A stretch of DNA of 64,000 nt from Candidatus Margulisiibacteriota bacterium (GTDB taxonomy: Bacteria; Margulisbacteria; WOR-1; O2-12-FULL-45-9; XYB2-FULL-48-7), in NCBI GenBank assembly GCA_018822365.1, contig JAHJKL010000042.1:1077-65076 (forward strand), read 5' to 3'. Below the pieces are notes generated by a model. It ran no database searches, had not been told where the DNA came from, and saw nothing but the letters and a program-made list of their open reading frames with translations. Numbering within the stretch: the first letter of the stretch is position 1; every line of letters starts with the position of its first letter. The position numbers were made by a program, and so were the translations under genes. Positions 21,355-30,087 of this stretch are shown piece by piece.

Positions 21355-22920
21355 ATGTTGACAGATATTGAGATCGCCCAACAAGCCAAACTTAAAACGA
21401 TCAATGAGATCGCCGGCAATGCCGGGATCGACCGGAATGATATAGAACTGCACGGCTGTTTTAAGGCCAAGATAAATCTTGACGCTCTAAAAAAGAGAAA
21501 AAAGAACCGGAGCGGCAAATTGATCCTGGTCACCGCCATGACCCCGACCCCACAGGGGGAAGGAAAGACCACCACCACCATCGGCCTGGCCCAGGCCCTC
21601 CGCAAGATCGGGAAAAGATCGATCGTTTGCATCCGCGAGCCGTCGCTCGGCCCGGTCATGGGAATGAAGGGAGGGGCGGCCGGCGGAGGTTATTCTCAAG
21701 TCCTGCCGATGGAAGATATCAACCTTCACCTGACCAGCGACATCCATATGGTCACCTCGGCCCACAACTTGCTGGCTGCTATGCTCTATAACCATATTTA
21801 CCAGGGAAATGAACTGCAGATCGATGAACAACGGATCGTCTGGCGCCGGGTGATGGATATGAACGACCGTTCTCTGCGCGGCCAATTTGATATTACGGCT
21901 TCATCGGAAGTCATGGCTATACTTTGCCTTTCCACCAGTTTAACTGACTTAAAGGATCGCCTGGGCCGGATCATTGTTGCTTATGATAAGACCGGCAAGC
22001 CGGTCCGCTCCGCCGATCTTAAAGCGCAAGGGGCAATGGCCCTTTTGCTTTGGGACGCTTTAAAGCCGACCCTGGTCCAGACGATCGAAGGATCACCGGC
22101 CTTCATCCACGGCGGCCCTTTTGCCAACATCGCCCATGGCTGCAATTCCCTGGTCGCCACCCAGCTGGCCCTTAAATTGGCCGACTATGTGGTCACCGAA
22201 GCCGGGTTTGCCAGCGATTTGGGAGCGGAAAAGTTCTTTGACATTAAGTGCCGGGTCGGGAACCTCTCTCCGTCGGCTTCGGTCCTGGTCGTCACCAGCC
22301 AGGCGATCCAGCGGCACGGCTATGAGAACGTCGCCAAGCATGTCGAGAACCTCCATCAGTTCAACGTGCCGGTCGTCATCGCCATCAACAGGAAAGTAAA
22401 TGACTCACCGGAAGAACTGGCTGAAATCAAAGAAGAGTGCGAGCGCCTGCATGTTCCGGCGATCGTTTCCGATGTCTGGGCCCTGGGGGGAGAAGGCGGG
22501 AAAGAGCTGGCAAAAATGGTCCTGAAGGCGATCGACAAAAAACTTACCTATAAACCGCTCTATCGCCTGGAGCAATCGATAAAAGATAAGATCGAAAAGA
22601 TCGCCCAGGATATTTATGGGGCGGCCGGAGTGGCCTGGACCGACAAGGCGACGACCGATCTCGCCTTTCTCAAACAGCTGGGGATGGACCATTTTCCGGT
22701 CTGCGTCGCCAAGACCCAGTATTCATTGAGCGATGACCCAAAGCTATTTGGCACCCCAAAAGATTTCAAGGTCACTATCAAGGAGCTCAAGCCCTCGGCC
22801 GGAGCCGGGTTTATTGTCGCTTACGCCGGCGAGGTCATGACCATGCCTGGGCTCCCCAAACATCCGGCCGCCGAGAATATGGACATTGACGAAGAAGGGA
22901 AGATCGTCGGTCTGTTCTAG
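21355..22920 (+). CDS. fhs: Formate--tetrahydrofolate ligase
   Basis: TPTPQGEGKTT, KGGAAGGGYSQV, HGGPFANIAHG and AKTQYSLSDD. Confidence 0.97.
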   Translation: MLTDIEIAQQAKLKTINEIAGNAGIDRNDIELHGCFKAKINLDALKKRKKNRSGKLILVTAMTPTPQGEGKTTTTIGLAQALRKIGKRSIVCIREPSLGPVMGMKGGAAGGGYSQVLPMEDINLHLTSDIHMVTSAHNLLAAMLYNHIYQGNELQIDEQRIVWRRVMDMNDRSLRGQFDITASSEVMAILCLSTSLTDLKDRLGRIIVAYDKTGKPVRSADLKAQGAMALLLWDALKPTLVQTIEGSPAFIHGGPFANIAHGCNSLVATQLALKLADYVVTEAGFASDLGAEKFFDIKCRVGNLSPSASVLVVTSQAIQRHGYENVAKHVENLHQFNVPVVIAINRKVNDSPEELAEIKEECERLHVPAIVSDVWALGGEGGKELAKMVLKAIDKKLTYKPLYRLEQSIKDKIEKIAQDIYGAAGVAWTDKATTDLAFLKQLGMDHFPVCVAKTQYSLSDDPKLFGTPKDFKVTIKELKPSAGAGFIVAYAGEVMTMPGLPKHPAAENMDIDEEGKIVGLF

Positions 22921-22927
22921 CTTTTAC

Positions 22928-22955
22928 TGAAATAATTAGTTATATAGTCCGATAA
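22928..22955 (+). promoter_or_regulatory. Putative sigma-28-like promoter TGAAAT-N16-CGATAA
   Basis: Shared motif 6 nt before the orphan ATG. Confidence 0.6.
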
Positions 22956-22961
22956 AACTGC

Positions 22962-23402
22962 ATGATCAAGCCCGTTTCATTTCAAACACATCCGTCTTTT
23001 GTCTTGCGCAGGGCAAGAGGGATTTTTGCCTACGAAAAAACCATGCGTGCGCTGCGGCAAAAGATCCTGGACGGCAGTTTTAGGCCGACTTACAATCGCG
23101 ATACAGCTAATTTTAACTTTCGAGAAATGCTCTTAAGGCCTTATGAAAATGGAAAATACTGCGTCCATTTGCCGAAATATTTTGATGAATGGCAGGATTT
23201 ATTTGAAGATATTTTCCGAAAAATGAATTTTAGCCGTGAAGTCGTAGTCGGGCGTGAAAATTTGACCGGCAATCGATTTCCGCCAAATATCAGGCAAATC
23301 CATTCACATATTATCCGCGACCAATTGGTTATCCTATCCATCCTGGAAAATTGGCTTTATTATAATAAGGACATTTTAAATGACTTGGTCAATAATTTTT
23401 AG
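22962..23402 (+). CDS. Orphan hypothetical protein (146 aa)
   Basis: Fills the fhs-folE gap; AT-richer. Confidence 0.65.
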   Translation: MIKPVSFQTHPSFVLRRARGIFAYEKTMRALRQKILDGSFRPTYNRDTANFNFREMLLRPYENGKYCVHLPKYFDEWQDLFEDIFRKMNFSREVVVGRENLTGNRFPPNIRQIHSHIIRDQLVILSILENWLYYNKDILNDLVNNF

Positions 23403-23417
23403 TGGTATAATTACATA

Positions 23418-23975
23418 ATGATCAACAAGAAAAGGATAGAAAAAGCGGTTAAAGAGATCCTGTTGGCGATCGGAGAAAAACCTGATCGCGAAGGGATAAG
23501 CTCGACCCCCAAGAGGGTCGCCGAGATGTACGCCGAACTATTTTCCGGCCTCCATGAAGATCCCGCGCATCATCTAACAACCTTTAAGCAAGGTGAACAC
23601 GAAGAGATGGTTATGCTTAAAGAGATACCATTCTACTCAATTTGCGAACATCATCTTGTTCCATTCTTTGGGAAAGCGCATGTAGTATATATACCAACCA
23701 AAGGGAACGTCACCGGACTCTCCAAGCTGGTCAAGGTAGTGGAGGGGTTCGCCAAGCGGCCGCAGGTCCAGGAACGGCTGACCAGCCAAATTGCCGACTG
23801 TCTGATGGCCAAGCTCAAACCGCTCGGCGTTTTAGTGATAATCGAAGCCGAGCACCTCTGCATGTCGATGCGTGGGATAAAAAAGCCCGGGACCAAGGTC
23901 ATTACTTCTGCGGTCCGCGGTGTATTTGAAAAAGACGCCAAAGCCCGCTCGGAAGCACTTTCGCTTCTAAAATGA
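23418..23975 (+). CDS. folE: GTP cyclohydrolase I
   Basis: [22 protein letters not shown] and HLCMSMRG. Confidence 0.97.
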   Translation: MINKKRIEKAVKEILLAIGEKPDREGISSTPKRVAEMYAELFSGLHEDPAHHLTTFKQGEHEEMVMLKEIPFYSICEHHLVPFFGKAHVVYIPTKGNVTGLSKLVKVVEGFAKRPQVQERLTSQIADCLMAKLKPLGVLVIIEAEHLCMSMRGIKKPGTKVITSAVRGVFEKDAKARSEALSLLK

Positions 23976-24637
23976 AAACCGTTTCCAACCGGCAGCTGGA
24001 TCTGTTTGCGGTTATTTTTCTCTTGCTCTTTTTTTTAACCAACTTCTCTTACGCTAAAGAATTTGCCGTCACCATTGACCTTTGTCCTTCTCACAAGCCT
24101 TACGAAGCCAGACTGTTCAATTATCTTGACCATCTTGGCAAAAAATTAGGCAGACCGCTTCCTGTTGGGGTGAGTGTTTCCGGGAAATGGATCAGGCAGC
24201 ATCCCAGGGAGCTGGAAAAGATCAAAAAGTGCTATCTCGACATTACCTGGATCAACCACTCATTGACCCATCCGATAGCCAACGATTTTCTCAACAATCC
24301 GACCGTCAACTTTACCCAAGAAGTTATGGGAAATATATATTTGATGAAGGCTAACGGCCTATCTCCATCAATATATTTCCGTTTTCCCGGGCTTCGACAC
24401 AGCTCAGTAAGGCTGGCAGAACTTAAGGCGTTAGGCTATCGCAAACTTGATGCCGATGCCTGGCTCGCTAAAGGGAAAAAGATCAAAGACGGTTCAATTG
24501 TCCTGGTCCATGGAAATGGGAACGAGCCGAAAGGAGTAACTATATTACTTCGTTATTTAAGAACTCAGGAAAATGATATATTAAATGGAAGGATAAAAGT
24601 GGTAAATTTCAGGGAAATAAATACTAATAATATATAA
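23972..24637 (+). CDS. Exported polysaccharide deacetylase family protein
   Basis: TIDLCP, NHSLTH, FRFPGL and LVHGNGNEP; signal-like N-terminus. Confidence 0.75.
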   Translation: MKTVSNRQLDLFAVIFLLLFFLTNFSYAKEFAVTIDLCPSHKPYEARLFNYLDHLGKKLGRPLPVGVSVSGKWIRQHPRELEKIKKCYLDITWINHSLTHPIANDFLNNPTVNFTQEVMGNIYLMKANGLSPSIYFRFPGLRHSSVRLAELKALGYRKLDADAWLAKGKKIKDGSIVLVHGNGNEPKGVTILLRYLRTQENDILNGRIKVVNFREINTNNI

Positions 24638-24653
24638 GCCATTAGTACAAATA

Positions 24654-25358
24654 CTATTTTGCCATTTCCTTCAATTTATCATTTATCTCGTTAACTTTAT
24701 CCCCGATCTCACCGATCAGGTCGTTTGAGCTGACGGACACATGTTTAGAGTAATCACCCCGGGATACAGCCTCCAGCACCAGGTTGATCTCAACTAATGG
24801 GCGCAAAAACATAGTAATGATCATCCAGGATGAGGCAAGGATGAAGATTAAGCTCAAAATACTTAGGCTGGCCGACCAAGCAATTGTTTTTTGAATATCG
24901 GACCTATATTGCGCCAATGAAAACCCGATCTTAAGCGAGCCAAATTCCTGGTCGTCATTATTAATAGGGAAGGAACGGATAAACTGGTCATGGCCAAAAT
25001 AATCCATATTGGGCGTATTTGGGAAACTATCCATTTTCCCTTCCAGTTGCGGTTCCGAAGAAAAAACAATATTGCTTTCCGGATCAACTACTATGACAAA
25101 ATCGACCAGCGGCTGCCTGGTAGTGGTCTCCAGAAGGAGCATTGTTCCAACCTGGTCTTTGTTGATTAATTTAGGGAGCAGCTCCGTCGAGAGAATGTTC
25201 CCAATAGATTCCATCCGGAAAAGTGTCCGGCTTTGGATAGCTCCCTCAAGGATCATAACCCGATTGATCGCCAGGACAAGGAAACCTATCGTGCTGACAA
25301 GAAATATGACCAGCAAAAGTTTTTCTCTAAGACCAAGTTGCCATCGGAAATTACTCAT
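24654..25358 (-). CDS. Two-TM sensor-domain protein ending in a HAMP domain
   Basis: Two TMs; RPL..I......VSRGDYS..V....D.IGE HAMP pattern, then stop. Confidence 0.75.
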   Translation of the reverse strand: MSNFRWQLGLREKLLLVIFLVSTIGFLVLAINRVMILEGAIQSRTLFRMESIGNILSTELLPKLINKDQVGTMLLLETTTRQPLVDFVIVVDPESNIVFSSEPQLEGKMDSFPNTPNMDYFGHDQFIRSFPINNDDQEFGSLKIGFSLAQYRSDIQKTIAWSASLSILSLIFILASSWMIITMFLRPLVEINLVLEAVSRGDYSKHVSVSSNDLIGEIGDKVNEINDKLKEMAK

Positions 25359-25536
25359 TTGAGGGATATATTATATCTTCTACAATTATTATTCATATCA
25401 ATAGCGAAAACTTTTAACTATCTTGAGCGGATCATTAAGAAGAGTTTTTTGGTTATCTTTATTGCTAGCATAACCAGAGAAGCTGGTCATCTTAAGCGGC
25501 TGTTCCCCCTCATACTCCATCCGGCGACCAAAAAAG

Positions 25537-25713
25537 CTAATTTGTCTTTAATATCTTTTTATGGGCCTTCTTTCCTTTTTTTCTGACAATCTTATGCTCG
25601 TCACAGCATTTTTCCATCATTTTAGGCATGATCTTGGCCAGGCCAAGCAGGGAAGCGGCTCCGGCAACGGCCCCAAGCAGTCCGGCGATCAAGTAGCCTT
25701 TTTTATCCCCCAT
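25537..25713 (-). CDS. Small membrane-anchored protein, YtxH-like (58 aa; not in the ORF track)
   Basis: AAGGAG RBS; MGDKKGYLIAGLLGAVAGAASLLGLAKIMPKMMEKCC... Confidence 0.65.
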   Translation of the reverse strand: MGDKKGYLIAGLLGAVAGAASLLGLAKIMPKMMEKCCDEHKIVRKKGKKAHKKILKTN

Positions 25714-25733
25714 TTTTTCACTCCTTCAATAAT

Positions 25734-26006
25734 TCAATCTTTTCCCCAGAACTTGTCGGCTTCCTTCTCCATTTTCTCCAACCGATCATAATAATCGGGA
25801 AATTCGTTCAGATGAGCAAGGGCGATCTTGCCAGTTACAACCGGGTCATCATTGGTCACATTGGTCGAAGGATCAATTAAACCATGCTCCAATTCAACAT
25901 CCATCCCTTGCTTGAATTGGTCAACGTCAAACTTATCCCATTTAATTCCGATCGATTCACCGATCTTTTTCGCTTCTGCTTCGCTAAAATGCTTTTTATC
26001 TGACAT
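25734..26006 (-). CDS. Conserved small protein (DUF5661-like)
   Basis: GMDVELEHG...TNVT.DD...KIALAHL.E.PDYY.RL..ME. Confidence 0.8.
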   Translation of the reverse strand: MSDKKHFSEAEAKKIGESIGIKWDKFDVDQFKQGMDVELEHGLIDPSTNVTNDDPVVTGKIALAHLNEFPDYYDRLEKMEKEADKFWGKD

Positions 26007-26017
26007 TTCAATTCCTC

Positions 26018-26821
26018 CTAAATATGATTACCTGCCAAGGGGAGCCTGCCTCGCTGTCTCCAGAAAAAAACAGCAAGGGCAATAAAAATGACCGCAAGCA
26101 CCAATCCTGATTCACCTAGCATATACTTTGAAAGGGGACCGGTCGGAAGGGTTAATGGATCGTACAAGCGTTGAAGATAAAGATTGTGGCTGGCATGCAT
26201 CAAAACTGCTGCCCAGACACTCCCCGACCTAAGCCGAAGCCAGCTGATAGGGAAGGTCATGGCGGTCACCGTCACCACCAGGAGTAAAAGCTGGGGGAGC
26301 ATCGGCATGCTGGCCAGATAGACCCCGGAGATAATGAGAGGGAAATGCCAAACCGACCAGATCAGTCCGGTGATCAGGCAGGTCGAGGTGTAATTGAAAT
26401 GCTTGTATAACTGCGGCACCAAATATCCCCGCCAGCCGATCTCTTCTCCCGCGGCAAAAGCAACGTTTATCAATGTACCCATTATCACCAGTTTGAAAAG
26501 ATCAAAATGATAAGCAGAGTTGAGCGCTCCCCAACCGGCCAGCCAAATCACACTGTAAGCCAGACCGCCGTATAGAAAAGGAAGAGCGTAAGCGGCAAGC
26601 AGCCAGCGCGCCTGGACGGTCCCCAAACCAAGCCCTTTAAGGCTTTTTTCGTGGATCAGCGAAGTAATAATCCCTGAAAGGGCAGGGGACCACATTAAAT
26701 AGAACATGATCAACAAAGGATTAAGCCCCAGCGCCTTGGCGTTGATTATAAGATAATAACCAATAGAACTAAGCAGGAAAACAAGAATCATATATGTAAT
26801 GATGCCTGATCTGTTTTTCAT
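26018..26821 (-). CDS. CPBP (CAAX/Abi) intramembrane metalloprotease
   Basis: GEEIGWRGYL, WSVWHFP and HASHN. Confidence 0.92.
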   Translation of the reverse strand: MKNRSGIITYMILVFLLSSIGYYLIINAKALGLNPLLIMFYLMWSPALSGIITSLIHEKSLKGLGLGTVQARWLLAAYALPFLYGGLAYSVIWLAGWGALNSAYHFDLFKLVIMGTLINVAFAAGEEIGWRGYLVPQLYKHFNYTSTCLITGLIWSVWHFPLIISGVYLASMPMLPQLLLLVVTVTAMTFPISWLRLRSGSVWAAVLMHASHNLYLQRLYDPLTLPTGPLSKYMLGESGLVLAVIFIALAVFFWRQRGRLPLAGNHI

Positions 26822-26827
26822 GGATGT

Positions 26828-26856
26828 ATTCTCCCATCAGCCTCTTTAAGTGTCAA
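26828..26856 (-). promoter_or_regulatory. Sigma-70-type promoter TTGACA-N17-GAGAAT for the CPBP gene
   Basis: Perfect -35, 17-nt spacer, TG-extended -10, ATG 6 nt downstream. Confidence 0.6.
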
Positions 26857-26878
26857 CCATAGGGAATTAAAGGTTGAA

Positions 26879-26892
26879 CGAACAAATGTTCT
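26879..26892. promoter_or_regulatory. Candidate LexA (SOS) box CGAACAAATGTTCT
   Basis: Matches the Gram-positive-type GAAC-N4-GTTC box. Confidence 0.45.
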
Positions 26893-27008
26893 ACTCTGTA
26901 CAATAAACCAAGCCTTTAAAAGTCCGCTGGTGTAACCGCCCGACTGCATCTGCCAGGTGTTTTCCAGCGAGGCTGAAAATCCGTTGGCGATCAGCACCGT
27001 AAACTGCC

Positions 27009-28631
27009 TCATAAAACGCCGCCGCGGCCACCCCGTTTCCCGGTCAGTTTGCCATGGTCGATCTCCAGTATGCCGTTTACCAGCAGATATATTATGCCGT
27101 CAGAATAAAGGCTCCGCTCCACGTAAGTAGCGTTTTCTTTAAGTTGATCAGGATCAATGACTGCGATGTCCGCGTAATTGCCGGTTTTGATTTCACCCCG
27201 GCCTTTTAACTTGAACTTTTTGGCCGGCAGGGAGGTCATGGAGCGAATCGCATCCTGTACGGTCATCAACTTTTCTTCCATTGCGTACTTCTTGATTTTT
27301 CTCGGGAAACAGCCAAAGAACCGGGGATGTGGAGATTGCTCCGGTACGAAAACAGTAAAACCATCAGAAGCAGTAAAAACGTAGTCATGTGGCATGATCT
27401 CCCGGTTGATCTTGTCGCTGATCTCCTGAAAAAGTGCGTAGGGGGCCGGTTCCAAGCAGGAAAGTTCGACATAGACCTCAGCCGGGTGCTTACCTTCCAT
27501 CGCCGCTATTTCCATAATGCTTTTGTTGCGGTATTTGGCAGGACCATCGGTCAGACTGATCTTTTCCGGGCCAAGGAAAGCAAATATTTTTTTGGTAGCT
27601 GCTATCATCTCGGCCTTGCCAGCTGGATTCTTATATTTTTCATTCACGCCGGTGCCAGTCTTATATTTATCTGGCAGGCGGTAAGAGAGGACGGCATATC
27701 CGGTGTCATAAGGATGCTGGTCAGCGGTGATGTCCACCCCTTCGGCTCGAGCCTGCTCGATCAGTCCCAGCATCTGTTTTGACGTGACGTTCTCCCAGGG
27801 AAGGTTGAGCTGGATATGTGAGATGTGCACGGGTATCTTGGCCCGCTTGGCGATCTCAATGGTCTCCCTGATCGAAGCTAATTCTCCCGGCCCGGTCTGG
27901 TCCCTGATGTGGGCGTCGTAAAGACCCCCGTATTTGGCGACTACCTTGGCCATCTCGACCAACTCATCCGTGGTGGCAAAACAGGTAGGCGCGTATTCCA
28001 GTCCCACGGTCAGCCCGATGGCGCCGTTTTGCATCTCTTTTTCCACCTGCCCTTTAAGCTTCTCCATTTGTTCTCCGGTCAGGGTGGTTGGCTGGTCATT
28101 CCCAAAAAGCCGCATCCGCAACATACCGTAGGGGATGAGGTGGTACACATTGCTGGCAAACTTTTGGGATTCGACCAGCTCCAGCCACTGTTTTGTATCC
28201 CAAAAACCCGCGCCGCATAAACCGGTCACTATGGTGGTCACCCCCTGGGTCGAATAATTATGGTTATTCCGCCACGCCTCATTGATCATGGAGAAATCGT
28301 CCTTTTTGCCCGACATTAATATGGCCATGAGCAGCCCCAAGTCCGTATGGTTATGGCAATCGATAAAACCGGGGGTAACGATCAGGCCCTTTGCGTCAAT
28401 CGTTTCTCTGGCCGATCCGGGTAAGTCCATACCGATCGCGGAAATCACATCTCCTTTGATCGCAATATCTTCCGTGACTGCTTCGGTTGTGCTGCCGTCA
28501 TAGACCAGGCCCCCTCTGATCAGGATGTCATATGTATAGGAAGAGTTGATGATATATTGAGTTAAAAAGATAGAAAGTAAAACGATGAAGATCACTCCAG
28601 CTGGCCAAAGAAACAATTTTATTGCTTTCAT
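27009..28631 (-). CDS. N-acyl-D-amino-acid deacylase-like amidohydrolase with an N-terminal TM/signal
   Basis: PGFIDCHNHTD, GLEYAP, HIRD, HISH, HPRFFG.FPR and MTSLPA. Confidence 0.88.
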   Translation of the reverse strand: MKAIKLFLWPAGVIFIVLLSIFLTQYIINSSYTYDILIRGGLVYDGSTTEAVTEDIAIKGDVISAIGMDLPGSARETIDAKGLIVTPGFIDCHNHTDLGLLMAILMSGKKDDFSMINEAWRNNHNYSTQGVTTIVTGLCGAGFWDTKQWLELVESQKFASNVYHLIPYGMLRMRLFGNDQPTTLTGEQMEKLKGQVEKEMQNGAIGLTVGLEYAPTCFATTDELVEMAKVVAKYGGLYDAHIRDQTGPGELASIRETIEIAKRAKIPVHISHIQLNLPWENVTSKQMLGLIEQARAEGVDITADQHPYDTGYAVLSYRLPDKYKTGTGVNEKYKNPAGKAEMIAATKKIFAFLGPEKISLTDGPAKYRNKSIMEIAAMEGKHPAEVYVELSCLEPAPYALFQEISDKINREIMPHDYVFTASDGFTVFVPEQSPHPRFFGCFPRKIKKYAMEEKLMTVQDAIRSMTSLPAKKFKLKGRGEIKTGNYADIAVIDPDQLKENATYVERSLYSDGIIYLLVNGILEIDHGKLTGKRGGRGGVL

Positions 28632-28640
28632 TGCGTTTTC

Positions 28641-28895
28641 CTATTTACCCCGATCGAGGAGCCAGTTATAAATGGCCGCGACCAGCCAGCCGCCGATCCC
28701 CGCGTCACAAAAAGCCCAGATCGTGCCAACCAATGTGCCAACCGGGGTCGCTTTATACCCAATATATAATGAACCTATCCCTTTCACCAGGCCCAACCCC
28801 CAATGAAGATAGTCACCCATAATACCGAGACAAAGAACCGCTCCCCCCCAAACGATCGCCAGGGTCAAACCGAATTTTACCGCGTCAAGTTTCAT
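28641..28895 (-). CDS. Small two-TM membrane protein (family sometimes labelled holin-like)
   Basis: FGL....WG...LYIGY..T..G...G..WAF.D..IGG...A.IYN. Confidence 0.7.
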   Translation of the reverse strand: MKLDAVKFGLTLAIVWGGAVLCLGIMGDYLHWGLGLVKGIGSLYIGYKATPVGTLVGTIWAFCDAGIGGWLVAAIYNWLLDRGK

Positions 28896-29014
28896 GATCA
28901 ATCACCTCTTGACGGATATTTTGCCACCTTAATATTAGAGTGTCAACGGGGATACATTGTCGAAGTGTTTGCCGCCTTGCTTTTAATCTGGGAAAGTATA
29001 AAATATATGCGCAT

Positions 29015-29641
29015 ATGAAAAGAAATATTATTCTTCTTCTGTTGGTTATTCCATTGATTAGCAGCTGTGCTAATCCCCCGGTTGAGATCGACAGTTATCA
29101 GCCGGTGAATAGATCGGCAAATGAAAAGATCGAACCCTTGAACAATCTATTATCGATCAAACATGACAATGCTGATTATGCCGTAACCGCTTTTTTGACC
29201 GGCGCGGAAAACGTTGTGGTCGTTTATTTGAAGATCGAAAATAAGACCGGTTCAGACCTGACCGCGGCAGACTACTCGGTCAAACTGACCGATGGCCGGG
29301 ATCGGTTGCCGCTGCAGCTGATCTCGCGGGAAGTAGTGATAGCTTATCGCGCGAGGGAAGAGGGGCATAAGATCGAAAGCGGCAACCCGATGGTCGATCT
29401 TGCCCTCTCACAATTGGGAAACATCACCCGGTCAATGGGCTCCAGCCAGCTTGCTCAATTCCTTAGATCGATCGACTGGGCAATTGAACATTATTTTGCC
29501 TTCAGGCCGATCTATGCTCACCAAACACGAGAAGGGGTTTTGTGCTATTCAGCCAATTTTATCCGCGAATACCCGCTTACTCTGGAGGTCATTATTAATG
29601 ACCTAACGATCGATTTCGATTTTCAACTGATCTTGAAATAA
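29015..29641 (+). CDS. Lipoprotein of unknown function
   Basis: MKRNIILLLLVIPLISSC lipobox-like signal; start moved to 29015. Confidence 0.7.
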   Translation: MKRNIILLLLVIPLISSCANPPVEIDSYQPVNRSANEKIEPLNNLLSIKHDNADYAVTAFLTGAENVVVVYLKIENKTGSDLTAADYSVKLTDGRDRLPLQLISREVVIAYRAREEGHKIESGNPMVDLALSQLGNITRSMGSSQLAQFLRSIDWAIEHYFAFRPIYAHQTREGVLCYSANFIREYPLTLEVIINDLTIDFDFQLILK

Positions 29642-29670
29642 CTATTTTCCCCATCCTTGGTAATACAAAT

Positions 29671-30069
29671 TTATTTCTGTCCCGTAAGCGCCCGATTGAC
29701 CGCGATCATTATGCTCATGCTGCTGCCGGAGGCGCCGGTCACCGCGTCAACCTTAGGAGATTGCGCCTTAATAATACGATCAACTGTTTCTAATGCTTCA
29801 TAACCAGGGCCGCACCGCTGGTCAACGACCTTGATCTCGCGAATGGCATGTTTATTAACCGTCACTTCAACTTTGACATAAACCAGGAAATCCCCAAAAC
29901 TGCCGGAATATTTTCCATCGGCCAGCTGGGCAAGATTAACCGTTGTAATTTGCCGGTATTGGCTGGCAACATTTTTAGCCATCATCGTGAATCGGACAAA
30001 AAAGACCCCAACAACACAAACGATCACCAACAAGATGATCCCCAATATTTTTCCGATTTTCTTTAACAT
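29671..30069 (-). CDS. Membrane-anchored FMN-binding (flavinylated) domain protein
   Basis: DG.Y.G and the VDAVTGASGSS flavinylation-like motif. Confidence 0.85.
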   Translation of the reverse strand: MLKKIGKILGIILLVIVCVVGVFFVRFTMMAKNVASQYRQITTVNLAQLADGKYSGSFGDFLVYVKVEVTVNKHAIREIKVVDQRCGPGYEALETVDRIIKAQSPKVDAVTGASGSSMSIMIAVNRALTGQK

Positions 30070-30087
30070 AATATCCCTCCTGACTTA

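Noticed and set aside
26818..27012. 64-aa ORF overlapping both neighbours by ATGA
   Set aside because: Its 3' half is promoter and operator-like sequence and no domain is recognisable; possibly a gene remnant, so it is not called.
28641..28895. Prophage suggested by a holin-like protein
   Set aside because: No endolysin, integrase or structural phage genes in the window.
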